Origin: Elusimicrobiota bacterium
GTDB lineage: Bacteria > Elusimicrobiota > Elusimicrobia > UBA1565 > UBA9628
DNA: 64,000 bases
Direction of reading: 5' to 3'
Assembly (NCBI GenBank): GCA_016218545.1
Contig: JACRDQ010000030.1
Coordinates: forward strand, 256,172-320,171
The notes beneath the pieces are model-generated. The model was not told the origin of the DNA. It did no database searches and worked only from the letters and a program-made list of their open reading frames with translations. The translations under genes and the position numbers were made by a program. Position 1 is the first letter of the stretch; each line of letters starts with the position of its first letter. This document shows, piece by piece, positions 29,088 through 38,536 of the stretch.

Positions 29088-29675
29088 ATGCCTGCCGCCG
29101 CCCTCCTTTTCGACCTCGACGGCGTCCTCGTGGACACCTACGGGGTATGGGAGGGCCTCGTCCGCGACACGGCCGTGCTCCTGGGCTACGCTCCTCCCGG
29201 AGCCGGGGCCTTCCGCTCCTCCTGGGGCCAGGGCATCGAGGACGACGTGCGGACCTTCTTCACCCGCCACGCCGTAGACGAGGTGCGGGCCGCCTACGAG
29301 AAGGGCTACCCCGGCCACCTCGGCAGGGTCAAGGTGATGCCCGGTGCGCAGGCCGCTCTCGAGTCCCTGCCCCAGCCCAAGGCCGTGGTCTCCAACACCC
29401 CGAGCGCCCTGGTCGGGCTCACCCTGCGCCTGGCCGGCCTGGACCGCCATTTCAAGACCGCGCTCGGGCCCGACGACGTGGGAGCCTCCAAGCCCGCCCC
29501 GCAGATGCTGCTGGAGGCCTGCCGCAGGCTCGGGGCGCGGCCCCGGGACTCCCTGATGGTGGGGGACTCCGACTACGACGAGAAAGCCGCCCGGGCCGCC
29601 GGCGCGGCCTTCGTCCGCTTCCGAGGGGACTGGGCGCCGGTCCTGACCGCTACTCGAAGTAGCCGAATTCCTTGA
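29088..29675 (+). CDS. HAD-superfamily hydrolase (phosphatase-like)
   Basis: FDLDGVLVDT is HAD motif I. The C-terminus has MVGDSDYD. GGGAG lies 8 nt upstream of the ATG. Confidence 0.7.
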   Translation: MPAAALLFDLDGVLVDTYGVWEGLVRDTAVLLGYAPPGAGAFRSSWGQGIEDDVRTFFTRHAVDEVRAAYEKGYPGHLGRVKVMPGAQAALESLPQPKAVVSNTPSALVGLTLRLAGLDRHFKTALGPDDVGASKPAPQMLLEACRRLGARPRDSLMVGDSDYDEKAARAAGAAFVRFRGDWAPVLTATRSSRIP

Positions 29676-30537
29676 GGCTGCGCGGGTCCCTGCGCCAGTC
29701 CTTGCGGACCTTGATCTGAAGCTCGAGACGCACCCTGCGGCCGAGGAAGGCTTCCACCGCCCGGGTCGAGCGCTCGGAGAGCTCGCGGATCATGCGTCCG
29801 GCTTTGCCGATGAGGATGCCCTTCTGGGAATCGCGCTCCACGAAGACCGAGGCCATGATCTCGTCGGGCCTGCCCTTGGCCTCGCGGAAGAGCTCGATCT
29901 GCACCGCGCAGGCGTGCGGGACCTCCTCCTCGAAGAGCTCGAAGATCTTCTCCCGGATGATCTCGGAGACGAAGAAGCGCTCGTAGCGGTCCGAGAGGTT
30001 GTCGCGGTCGTAGAAGGGCTCGCCCTCGGGCATGAGGGCCTTGACCGCCTCCAGGAGCGCCGGGATCCCGTTCCCCTTCAGGGCCGAGACGCTCAAGACC
30101 GCCTTGGGAGAGAGGGCCTTGGCCCAGGCGGCTTCGACGTCCGCGAGCCCCGAGGCCTTGAGGTCCGACTTGTTCACGGCCACGATCAGGGGGATCTCAG
30201 GGTTCTTCAAGGCCGAGAGCTCGGAGACGAAGTCCGGGTCCGGAGCCGCCGGGTCGACGAGGAGCACGACCGCGTCCGCGTCGGAGCGCAGGGCGTTGCG
30301 CGCGGTCTTGAGCAGGGTCTTGCGCAGGTCGTCCTGCGGCCCGACCAGGAGGCCCGGGGTGTCGAGGAGGCAGATCTGGAAGTCCGGCCCGTTCAAGATG
30401 CCCAGGATCTTGTGGCGCGTGGTCTGGGGCTTGGCCGAGACGATGGAGAGCTTGGACCCGAGGAGCGCGTTGAGCAGGGTGGATTTGCCGGCATTGGGCC
30501 TGCCCGCGAGCACGGCGAAGCCTGATTTGAATCCCAT
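29650..30537 (-). CDS. era: GTPase Era
   Basis: G1 GRPNAGKSTL, G3 DTPG, G4 NKSD, and a KH domain C-terminus. The start overlaps the stop of the Wzy-like gene (ATGA). Confidence 0.9.
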   Translation of the reverse strand: MGFKSGFAVLAGRPNAGKSTLLNALLGSKLSIVSAKPQTTRHKILGILNGPDFQICLLDTPGLLVGPQDDLRKTLLKTARNALRSDADAVVLLVDPAAPDPDFVSELSALKNPEIPLIVAVNKSDLKASGLADVEAAWAKALSPKAVLSVSALKGNGIPALLEAVKALMPEGEPFYDRDNLSDRYERFFVSEIIREKIFELFEEEVPHACAVQIELFREAKGRPDEIMASVFVERDSQKGILIGKAGRMIRELSERSTRAVEAFLGRRVRLELQIKVRKDWRRDPRSLKEFGYFE

Positions 30538-32261
30538 CAGTCCCTCCTGCCAGGATGGATGACGCCGGGACGGCGGCGAGCACCGCCGCCGGCGGGGTCC
30601 GAGCCGGCCCGGCGCAGCTTCCGGCGCAGCGCGTCGAGCCTGTCCTTCCAGAACGGCCTGCCCCGCTCCAGGACGTCGGCCTGGTCGAGCGCGGCCAGGG
30701 CCTCCGCTGCCCTGCCGGAGGCCGCGAGGTAGGTTCCCAGCTCCAGCCGCAGGATGGGGTCGAGCGGGTTGAGCCCCACGGCGCGCTCCTGGCTGGCCAC
30801 GGCCTCGGCCAGGGCGGCCGTGTCGTCCGTGGCCGCGTGGCGCGCGGCATGGACCAGGGCCAGCCCGCGCTCGGGCTCGAAGTGGGGAGGCTGGACCTCG
30901 ATGGCGGCTGAAAAGGCCCGGGCCGCCCGGTCCAGGTCGCCCGCTTCCAGAGCCGCCCGGCCTTCGACGCAGAGCCTGCTGCCCATCCACGGGGACACGA
31001 CCCAGGGCAGGCTGGCGAGCAGCAGGGCCGACGCCACGAGCGCCGCGGACTTGCGGGGGGCCCACCACGGCTCAGCCGCCGGGGCCGCGAGCAGGGCCAG
31101 GCAGAGCGCGGCCGAGAGCAGGGTCGCGAGATACTCGGCTGCCACGTTGACCACGGCGAACGAGGCGAACAAGACGAGGCCCAGCAGGAAGGGCCAGCGG
31201 TCCGAGACCGCGGCCCAGCGCCGCTTGAGGCGCAGGGCCCACCAGGCGCAGAACGCGGCCAGGCTGCCTGCGCCGATGAGCCCGGTCTCGGCCAGGGAGC
31301 CGAGCACGAGGCTGTGGCTCGCCCGCACGTTGAGCGCGGCCGAGGGGTCCCTGAAGGCAGGGTAGGCGGAAGCGAAGCAATCGGGTCCCACGCCGAGCCA
31401 GGGGTGCGCGAGGAACATCTGCCACGCGCTGGCCCACCACTTGAGCCTCACGAAGTGCCCTCCGCTCGCCATGGCCGGGCCCGCCAGTTGGAAGCTGACG
31501 TGGAGCTTCTTCCAGAGGACCCACGCCAGGAAGACCGCGGCCGCTCCTGCCGCTGCCCCGGCTCCGACGCGATGCCGGGTGAGCCAGGACTTGAGGGGCC
31601 CGAGCCCGAGCATGAAGGGCGCGGCCAAGAGCACGCAGAGCAGGCCCCAGACGGACTCGGCCAGAGGGATGCAGGCCAGGGCGCCGGCGAGTCCCATGGC
31701 CCAGTACCAGCGCGGCGCGTTCCCCTGGCCGCTGCCGCCGAAGGTCCTCGCTGCGAGAGGAGGGATCCAGGGCAGGACGAAGGCCACGGCTCCGTGGGCG
31801 TTGGGGAAGGTGCCTGGAGCCTGGTGGTTGAACGGGTCCACCACCCTGGCGTGCTGGACGACCATGACGACCGCCTCGAAGGCCAGGAAGGGCGCCAGGC
31901 AGGCCAGGAAGACCTCGGCGGCCGAGGCTTCCCTGAAGGCCCTCAAGGCCGCGAAGAAGAGGACCAGGGCGCAGAGCCAGTCCGCCAGCCCGAGCAGGGA
32001 CTCTCCGGGATTGATCGAGAAGCGCCACGAGAGCGCCATGGCTGCGGCGACCAGCGCGGCCCAGGGCGCTGATGCCACAGGCAGGCCCGGGTCCTCGGTG
32101 GACCACGCCGAGAGCAGGAGAGTCGCGGCCAGGCCGAGCAGGGCCGCGACGTAGACCGCGGTGGAGGCCCACAGGTCATGCGCTCCTTGGGCGGCTCCGG
32201 AGGCCGCGAGGAGGAGTCCCAGCAGGGCTGCGCCGGAAGCGAATGAGACCTTGCGCTGCAT
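30537..32261 (-). CDS. O-antigen ligase/polymerase (Wzy_C)-like polytopic membrane protein with a C-terminal TPR region
   Basis: RASHSLVLGSLAETGLIGAG is the Wzy_C H..E.G motif. The tail has TPR-like helical repeats. Confidence 0.6.
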   Translation of the reverse strand: MQRKVSFASGAALLGLLLAASGAAQGAHDLWASTAVYVAALLGLAATLLLSAWSTEDPGLPVASAPWAALVAAAMALSWRFSINPGESLLGLADWLCALVLFFAALRAFREASAAEVFLACLAPFLAFEAVVMVVQHARVVDPFNHQAPGTFPNAHGAVAFVLPWIPPLAARTFGGSGQGNAPRWYWAMGLAGALACIPLAESVWGLLCVLLAAPFMLGLGPLKSWLTRHRVGAGAAAGAAAVFLAWVLWKKLHVSFQLAGPAMASGGHFVRLKWWASAWQMFLAHPWLGVGPDCFASAYPAFRDPSAALNVRASHSLVLGSLAETGLIGAGSLAAFCAWWALRLKRRWAAVSDRWPFLLGLVLFASFAVVNVAAEYLATLLSAALCLALLAAPAAEPWWAPRKSAALVASALLLASLPWVVSPWMGSRLCVEGRAALEAGDLDRAARAFSAAIEVQPPHFEPERGLALVHAARHAATDDTAALAEAVASQERAVGLNPLDPILRLELGTYLAASGRAAEALAALDQADVLERGRPFWKDRLDALRRKLRRAGSDPAGGGARRRPGVIHPGRRD

Positions 32262-33523
32262 CAGCGGCTCCCCGCGGCCCGCCGGGAAGCCGCGAGGTCG
32301 TAGAGCCAGAGCGCTCCCCTCGCGGTCAGGATCAGGACGAAGGGCATCACGGTCAGCCTGTAGCGGATGACGGATTGGCTGATGGAGAAGCTCATGGTCA
32401 AGACGAGCACGAAGACCCCCATCCAGCGGACCCCGGGCCTGCTCCAGCCGAGGACGAGCCCTGCCAGGGCCAGGGGCAGGACCCAGCCGTCGGAGAGCAG
32501 GGCCAGCAGGCGCACGGCCGAGGTCCGGTGGGTGTAGGCCCGGTCGCGCGGGACGATCCTCCAGAGGCCGAAGAACCTGCCGGCGCAGTCCATGGCGAAG
32601 CTCCAGGGCCGGGCCGCGGCCAGGCGCAGGGCGGCCAGGACGTAGGCGCGGTTGCTCTCGAGCTCAGGCAGGACCGAGATCCTCTGAAACTCGGTGTCGT
32701 CTCCGGGCCTTCCCAGGATGCGGTCCTGCTCCGGCGTGCCCCGGATCTCATAGGGAACGCTGAAGGCGACGTACATCTCCACGCCGAGGGAGGTCGAGGT
32801 CGGGATGAACGCCTTCATCACGAGGGCGTTGCGGAGCAGCCAGCCTCCCATCAGGCTTCCGGCCACGAGCGCGAAGGCCAGGAGACCCTTCCAGCGCCGG
32901 GCCGGCTCCTGCTGCCAGGCCAGGAAGGCCCCGAAGGCCGCGGTCAGCGGGGTCAGGGCCGTGTTCGTGAGGCACATCCACCCTGCCAGGCCGCCTGCGC
33001 CGGCCCCTGCTCCTACGCCGCTGGAGCGGAGCGACACGAAGAAGGCAGCGGAGGCCAGGAAGGGCAGCAGGGTCTCCCGGAAGAGGAAGCCCGGGTAGTA
33101 GCAGAAGTAGGGATAGAAGCTCGCGATCCATAGGGCGGCGCGGCTCGTCCGGGGGTCGAAGATGAGCAGGGCCAGGCGGAAGACCAGGTAGACCGTGGCC
33201 GTGGACAAGGCCGCCTGCGCTGCCAGCACCGCCCAGGGGCTCTGGCCTGAGAGGGCGTAGAGGCCGGCGATGAAGAGCGGGTAGCCCGGCTCCCGGACCG
33301 CCATGGGCGCGGGAGGGACGAGGGTGTAGACCCCGTGGCGCAGGATGTTGATCCCGATCTGCTCGTAGTCCAGGCTGCCGAAGATCTGCCTGCCGTCGAA
33401 GGAATAGGCCGCGAATCCGAAGCGCAGCAGGAGCGCTGCAGCCAGGCACAAGAGGAGCTCACAGCGGCTCGGTCCTCCCGCTTGGGGGGAGCCGACGGAC
33501 CCCTCAGAAGCGTCCGGTGACAT
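32261..33523 (-). CDS. GT-C-type membrane glycosyltransferase-like protein, third copy
   Basis: Polytopic. Starts MSPDASEGSV. Its stop overlaps the Wzy-like start. Confidence 0.5.
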   Translation of the reverse strand: MSPDASEGSVGSPQAGGPSRCELLLCLAAALLLRFGFAAYSFDGRQIFGSLDYEQIGINILRHGVYTLVPPAPMAVREPGYPLFIAGLYALSGQSPWAVLAAQAALSTATVYLVFRLALLIFDPRTSRAALWIASFYPYFCYYPGFLFRETLLPFLASAAFFVSLRSSGVGAGAGAGGLAGWMCLTNTALTPLTAAFGAFLAWQQEPARRWKGLLAFALVAGSLMGGWLLRNALVMKAFIPTSTSLGVEMYVAFSVPYEIRGTPEQDRILGRPGDDTEFQRISVLPELESNRAYVLAALRLAAARPWSFAMDCAGRFFGLWRIVPRDRAYTHRTSAVRLLALLSDGWVLPLALAGLVLGWSRPGVRWMGVFVLVLTMSFSISQSVIRYRLTVMPFVLILTARGALWLYDLAASRRAAGSR

Positions 33524-33946
33524 GAGGAGGCAAGGGGTTCGTCGGTGGCATGGGCTGGTCGTGGAGGGGTCCGCCAGGCGAGAAAGTACCAAATCCACGG
33601 CAGGGGCGCAAACGCAGTCCTTCAGCCGTTCCTCATGGTCCAAGCCTGCGCCTGATATCGTCCACCCGCCGCCTGATCTCCTCCTCGCTGGGGAGCTGCA
33701 CCTTGCCTGGATCTGCCTCCGGGCCATCCGCGTTTGAAGGCCCTGACGGGTTCGGCCGTGCCGCAGGGTACTTTGCCGTGAGCTGGACGGAAACCGTGTT
33801 GAAGAGCTCCTGCCATGTGCCTCCCGGGGGAGTCTTGCCGAACTGTCCTGTCCAAGTGTAGCAGCCGCAGAGGCCGCAGTCAGGGGTCTCCAGACCCAAG
33901 GATGCAATCGGATCAGGACCCAGGGGGCATGGGCCCTGCGTTCGCC

Positions 33947-33976
33947 TTGATAACGGCGTTGGATTTTTGAGAGAAT
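33947..33976 (+). promoter_or_regulatory. Sigma70-like promoter candidate for the SPFH gene: TTGATA, an 18-nt spacer, then GAGAAT
   Basis: The TTGATA hexamer is at 33947-33952 and GAGAAT at 33971-33976. GGAGG lies 9 nt before the ATG at 34011. Confidence 0.25.
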
Positions 33977-34010
33977 GAAGCGACAATCCCATCGGCGGAG
34001 GTCCAAAGAA

Positions 34011-34754
34011 ATGTTCCAGAGCACGTCGTCCGTCCTCATCATCCTCGTGGTCGCGGCGTTCCTGTCCATCAAGCTGGTCAATGAGTACGACCGGGTGGTG
34101 GTCTTCGTCCTGGGCCGGCTCTGGAAGGTCTGCGGCCCCGGGCCCATCATCGTGGTGCCCGGCATCATGCGCGGCCAGCTGGTGAGCCTCCGGACCGTGG
34201 TCCTCGACGTGCCCCCGCAGGACGTCATCACCAAGGACAACGTCTCCATCAAGGTCAACGCCGTCGTCTATCTGCGGGTGGTGGACGCGCAGCGGGCGGT
34301 CATCCAGGTGGAGAACTACCTCTATGCCACGAGCCAGTGGGCGCAGACGACCCTGCGCTCGATCCTGGGCAAGTCCGAGGTCGACGAGATCCTGGCGCAC
34401 CGCGACAAGATCAACAACGAGCTCCAGCAGATCCTCGACGCCCACACCGAGCCGTGGGGCGTGAAGGTCTCCAACGTCGAGATCAAGAACGTGGACTTCG
34501 CGCAGGAGATGCTGCGCGCCATGGCCAAGCAGGCCGAGGCCGAGCGCGAGCGCCGCGCCAAGGTCATCCACGCGGAAGGCGAGCTCCAGGCCTCCGAGAA
34601 GCTGGGACAGGCCGCCAAGGTCCTGTCGGCCGACCCGGCCTCCATCCAGCTCCGGTACCTGCAGACGCTCTCTGAGATCGCGATCGACAAGAACTCCACC
34701 ACCATCTTCCCGGTGCCGGTGGACGTGATCTCGATGTTCGTCAAGAAGACTTGA
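34011..34754 (+). CDS. SPFH/band-7 (stomatin-like) membrane protein
   Basis: An N-terminal TM helix followed by the stomatin core [36 protein letters not shown]. Confidence 0.8.
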   Translation: MFQSTSSVLIILVVAAFLSIKLVNEYDRVVVFVLGRLWKVCGPGPIIVVPGIMRGQLVSLRTVVLDVPPQDVITKDNVSIKVNAVVYLRVVDAQRAVIQVENYLYATSQWAQTTLRSILGKSEVDEILAHRDKINNELQQILDAHTEPWGVKVSNVEIKNVDFAQEMLRAMAKQAEAERERRAKVIHAEGELQASEKLGQAAKVLSADPASIQLRYLQTLSEIAIDKNSTTIFPVPVDVISMFVKKT

Positions 34755-35857
34755 GCGACGCCGGGCTGTACGTCCACGTCCCGTTCTGCTCGGGGAAGTG
34801 CTCCTATTGCGACTTCGTCTCCTTCCCCGGCAGGGCGGCGTCGGTCCCAGGGTACCTGAAGGCCCTCGAGGCTGAGGCGGGGCTGCGGCCTGCCGCGCGT
34901 CCTGAGACCCTCTACGTGGGCGGGGGCACGCCCACGGAGCTCTCGGCGGAGGACCTGGCCGCGCTCCTGGGGTCGGTCCGGCGGTCGTACCCCGGCCCTG
35001 TCTTCGAGGAGGCCACGGTCGAGGCCAATCCCGAGAGCCTCACGCCTGAGAAGGCCGCGGCCTTGAGGGAGGGCGGGGTCACCCGCCTGAGCCTGGGACT
35101 GCAGACCACGGACGATCGTCTCCTCGAGCGCATCGGCAGGAGACACCGCTTCTCCGACGCGGTCCGAGCCTTCCGGCTCGGCCGGGACGCGGGCTTCGAC
35201 ATGAGCGTGGACCTCATGTTCGGCCTTCCGGGCCAGACCCTGGAGGGCCTGGAGCGGAGCCTCTCTACAGTGCTGGCCATGCGGCCGGAGCACCTGTCGG
35301 TCTACGGGCTCGACGTGCACGAGGACACGCCCTTCGGCCGGGAGGGCGTGGTCCACGACGAGGACCTGGGACGCGCCATGTTCGAGCTCGTCATCGTCCG
35401 CGCGAGAGCCGCGGGCTACCACCACTACGAGATCTCGAACTTCGCCCTGCCCGGGCGCGAGTGCCGCCACAACATGCTCTATTGGAGGAACGAGGACTAC
35501 CTCGGCCTGGGCCCGGCCGCGGTCTCCCATCAGGACGGAGAGCGCTCCACGAACTCCCCGGGCTTGGACGAGTACCGTTCCGGCGTCCTCGCGGGCAGGC
35601 GGCCCCTGGCCCATGCCGAGCGCCTGGAGGGCAAGGAGAAGCTGGGCGAGACGGCGATGCTGGGCTTGAGGCTCCTCGACGGCGCGGAGCTCGGGCCCGA
35701 GCTCGAGGAGGCGTTCGCCCGGGAGCTTGAGTCCCTGGCGGAGCGCGGCCTCATCCTGCGCGATGGGAGGAGGACGAGGCTCTCCTCCGAGGGGCTCTTC
35801 ATGGCCAACGTCGTGGCGTCCGAGTTCGTCGCGCCGTTCGCGGAGGCGGCATGCTAG
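34751..35857 (+). CDS. hemW: Radical-SAM HemW (HemN-like heme chaperone)
   Basis: [16 protein letters not shown] is a CxxxCxxC motif. TTG start overlapping the SPFH stop. Confidence 0.8.
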   Translation: MSDAGLYVHVPFCSGKCSYCDFVSFPGRAASVPGYLKALEAEAGLRPAARPETLYVGGGTPTELSAEDLAALLGSVRRSYPGPVFEEATVEANPESLTPEKAAALREGGVTRLSLGLQTTDDRLLERIGRRHRFSDAVRAFRLGRDAGFDMSVDLMFGLPGQTLEGLERSLSTVLAMRPEHLSVYGLDVHEDTPFGREGVVHDEDLGRAMFELVIVRARAAGYHHYEISNFALPGRECRHNMLYWRNEDYLGLGPAAVSHQDGERSTNSPGLDEYRSGVLAGRRPLAHAERLEGKEKLGETAMLGLRLLDGAELGPELEEAFARELESLAERGLILRDGRRTRLSSEGLFMANVVASEFVAPFAEAAC

Positions 35858-38526
35858 ACAAGACCTACGATCCCCAGCCGGTCGAGAGCAAGTGGTGCGG
35901 CGCGTGGCGCCGGAGCAAGCTCTTCGGCTCCCAGGCGGCCGCTTCCTCCGGCCCCAAGCCCTTCGTGGTCGTCATCCCGCCGCCGAACGTGACCGGCGCC
36001 CTGCACATCGGGCACGCCCTCAACAACACCCTGCAGGACATCCTGGTGCGCTGGCACAAGCTCCACGGCCGGCCCGTGTGCTGGGTGCCCGGCACGGACC
36101 ACGGCGGCATCGCGACGCAGAACGTCAAGGAGCGCCAGCTCAAGGCCGAGAACAAGACCCGGCATGACCTCGGCCGCGAGGCGTTCGTCTCTTCCATGCA
36201 GTCCTGGTCCTCCGAATGCAAGAAGACCATCCTCGGCCAGCTCGAGCGGCTCGGCTGCGGCCTGGATTGGGACCGCGAGGCCTTCACCATGGACGCGGCC
36301 CGGGCCAAGGCCGTGCACGCGGCCTTCGAGAGCTACTGGAAGAAGGGACTCATCTACCGCGGCGAGCGCATGGTCAACTGGTGCGTCCGCTGCGGGACCG
36401 CGCTCTCGGACATCGAGGTCGAGTACGAGGAGCGCAAGGGCCACCTCTGGCACATCCACTACCCCTTGAAGGGCGGGGGCGAGGGCCTGACCGTGGCCAC
36501 GACCCGGCCCGAGACCATGCTGGGGGACACCGCCGTGGCCGTGCATCCCAAGGACGCCCGGTACGCGGGCCTCATCGGCAAGTCCCTGACCCTGCCCCTC
36601 ATGGAACGGGACATCCCGGTCGTGGCCGACGACGTCGTGGAGTCCTCCTTCGGCACCGGGGCGGTCAAGGTGACGCCCGCCCACGACCCCAACGACTTCG
36701 AGATCGGCGGCCGCCACGGACTGGCCCTCATCAAGGTCATCGGCCCGGACGGCAAGATGACGTCCGAGGCGGGCGCGTACGCGGGCCTCTCCCGGGAGAA
36801 GGCCAGGGACAAGGTCCTCGAGGACCTCAAGGCCGGCGGCCGCCTCGTCAAGACCGAGGACCACCGGCACAGCGTGGGCGTCTGCTACCGCTGCATGTCC
36901 GCGGTCGAGCCCTTGGTCTCCAAGCAGTGGTTCGTGCGCATGAAGGACCTCGCGGCCCCGGCTCTGAAGGCCGTGGAGGAGGGCCGGTTCCGTATCTACC
37001 CCGAATCCTGGACCAAGCCCTACGTCGAGTGGCTCTCCAACATCCGCGACTGGTGCGTGTCGCGCCAGATCTGGTGGGGCCACCGGATCCCGGTCTGGTA
37101 CTGCGCGGCCTGCCGGGAGAAGGACGGCTACAAGCCCCAGGTGGGGGCCTCCCAGCCGGCCTCGTGCCCGGACTGCGGGGGGACGGTCCTCGAGCAGGAC
37201 CCCGACGTGCTCGACACCTGGTTCTCCTCGGCCCTCTGGCCGTTCTCCGTCTTCGGCTGGCCCGACCAGGGGCCGGACCTCTCCTTCCATTATCCCACGA
37301 GCGTGCTCGTGACGGGCTATGAGATCCTCTACCTATGGGTCGCGCGCATGCAGATGTCGGGCCTCGAGGCCCTCGGCCAGGTCCCCTTCGAGCACGCCGT
37401 CATCCACGGCATCGTCCGCGACAAGAAGGGCAAGAAGATGTCGAAGTCCCTGGGCAACGTCATCGACCCGCTCGTGATGATGGACAAGTACGGCACCGAC
37501 GCCCTGCGCTTCTCGCTGGCGGTCCAGGCCCACCCGGGCCGGGACATCCCGTTCTCCGAGGAGTCTCTCACCGGCTCGCGGAACTTCGCCAACAAGCTCT
37601 GGAACTCCACGCGCTTCGTGCTCATGAACCTGCCGGAGACCGCGCCCGAGGGCGGGCTCTCCCTGAAGGGCTTCGCCCCGGAGGCCCTCGACCTCTGCGA
37701 CCGCTGGATCCTGGCCGAGTACGCTCAGACCCTTTCCCGCTGCCGCGGGCTCATGAAGGAATACGAGGTCGCGGCCGCCGCGGACGTCCTCTACGGCTTC
37801 CTCTGGGACCGCTTCTGCGACTGGTACGTCGAGCTGGCCAAGATCCGCCTCCAGGGCGCCGACGAGGCCGCCAAGGCCGCGCCGCGCGCGGTCCTGGCGC
37901 ACGTGCTGACCGGGACCCTCAAGATGCTCCACCCCTTCATGCCCTACATCACCGAGGAGCTCTACGCGAGCCTCAAGCCCTTCGTGGGCGAGCATGCGGA
38001 CTTCCTCCTGCGGTCCGGGGCGCCGGAGCCGGGGTCCGAGTGGGAGTCCGCGGGCGCGATCCGGGAGATGGGACGGCTCATCGACGTGGTCAAGGCCCTG
38101 CGGACCTTGCGCTCCGAGATGTGCGTGCCTCCGGGCCTGAGGATCTCTGCCATCGCCGAGGGCGGGGAGTCCCGCGACCGGGACCTCCTCTTCAAGTACG
38201 GCGAGTACGTGAGGTTCCTCGCCAGGCTCTCGGAGCTCAAGCCCTCGCACGACGGCGAGCGGCCCCCGCACAGCGCCACGGCCGTGGCCTCGGGCATGAC
38301 CTTCTTCGTGCCCCTGGAGGGCGTCATCGACCTCTCCAAGGAGCGTCAGCGCCTGGAGAAGGAGGTCGGACGGCTGGAGGTCGAGGCCGCGCGGCTGGCC
38401 GCCAAGCTGGGCGACGCCGTGTTCATGGAGCGCGCGCCCCGCGAGCAGGTGGACCTCTCCCGCTCCCAGCACGCGGACGCGAACGCCCGCCTGGGCCGGC
38501 TCAAGGACGTCCTGAAGTCCCTCTGA
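35851..38526 (+). CDS. valS: Valine--tRNA ligase
   Basis: HIGH motif (ALHIGHA), KMSKS motif, CP1 editing domain and coiled-coil C-terminus. 891 aa. Confidence 0.95.
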   Translation: MLDKTYDPQPVESKWCGAWRRSKLFGSQAAASSGPKPFVVVIPPPNVTGALHIGHALNNTLQDILVRWHKLHGRPVCWVPGTDHGGIATQNVKERQLKAENKTRHDLGREAFVSSMQSWSSECKKTILGQLERLGCGLDWDREAFTMDAARAKAVHAAFESYWKKGLIYRGERMVNWCVRCGTALSDIEVEYEERKGHLWHIHYPLKGGGEGLTVATTRPETMLGDTAVAVHPKDARYAGLIGKSLTLPLMERDIPVVADDVVESSFGTGAVKVTPAHDPNDFEIGGRHGLALIKVIGPDGKMTSEAGAYAGLSREKARDKVLEDLKAGGRLVKTEDHRHSVGVCYRCMSAVEPLVSKQWFVRMKDLAAPALKAVEEGRFRIYPESWTKPYVEWLSNIRDWCVSRQIWWGHRIPVWYCAACREKDGYKPQVGASQPASCPDCGGTVLEQDPDVLDTWFSSALWPFSVFGWPDQGPDLSFHYPTSVLVTGYEILYLWVARMQMSGLEALGQVPFEHAVIHGIVRDKKGKKMSKSLGNVIDPLVMMDKYGTDALRFSLAVQAHPGRDIPFSEESLTGSRNFANKLWNSTRFVLMNLPETAPEGGLSLKGFAPEALDLCDRWILAEYAQTLSRCRGLMKEYEVAAAADVLYGFLWDRFCDWYVELAKIRLQGADEAAKAAPRAVLAHVLTGTLKMLHPFMPYITEELYASLKPFVGEHADFLLRSGAPEPGSEWESAGAIREMGRLIDVVKALRTLRSEMCVPPGLRISAIAEGGESRDRDLLFKYGEYVRFLARLSELKPSHDGERPPHSATAVASGMTFFVPLEGVIDLSKERQRLEKEVGRLEVEAARLAAKLGDAVFMERAPREQVDLSRSQHADANARLGRLKDVLKSL

Positions 38527-38536
38527 CCCGGCGGGC

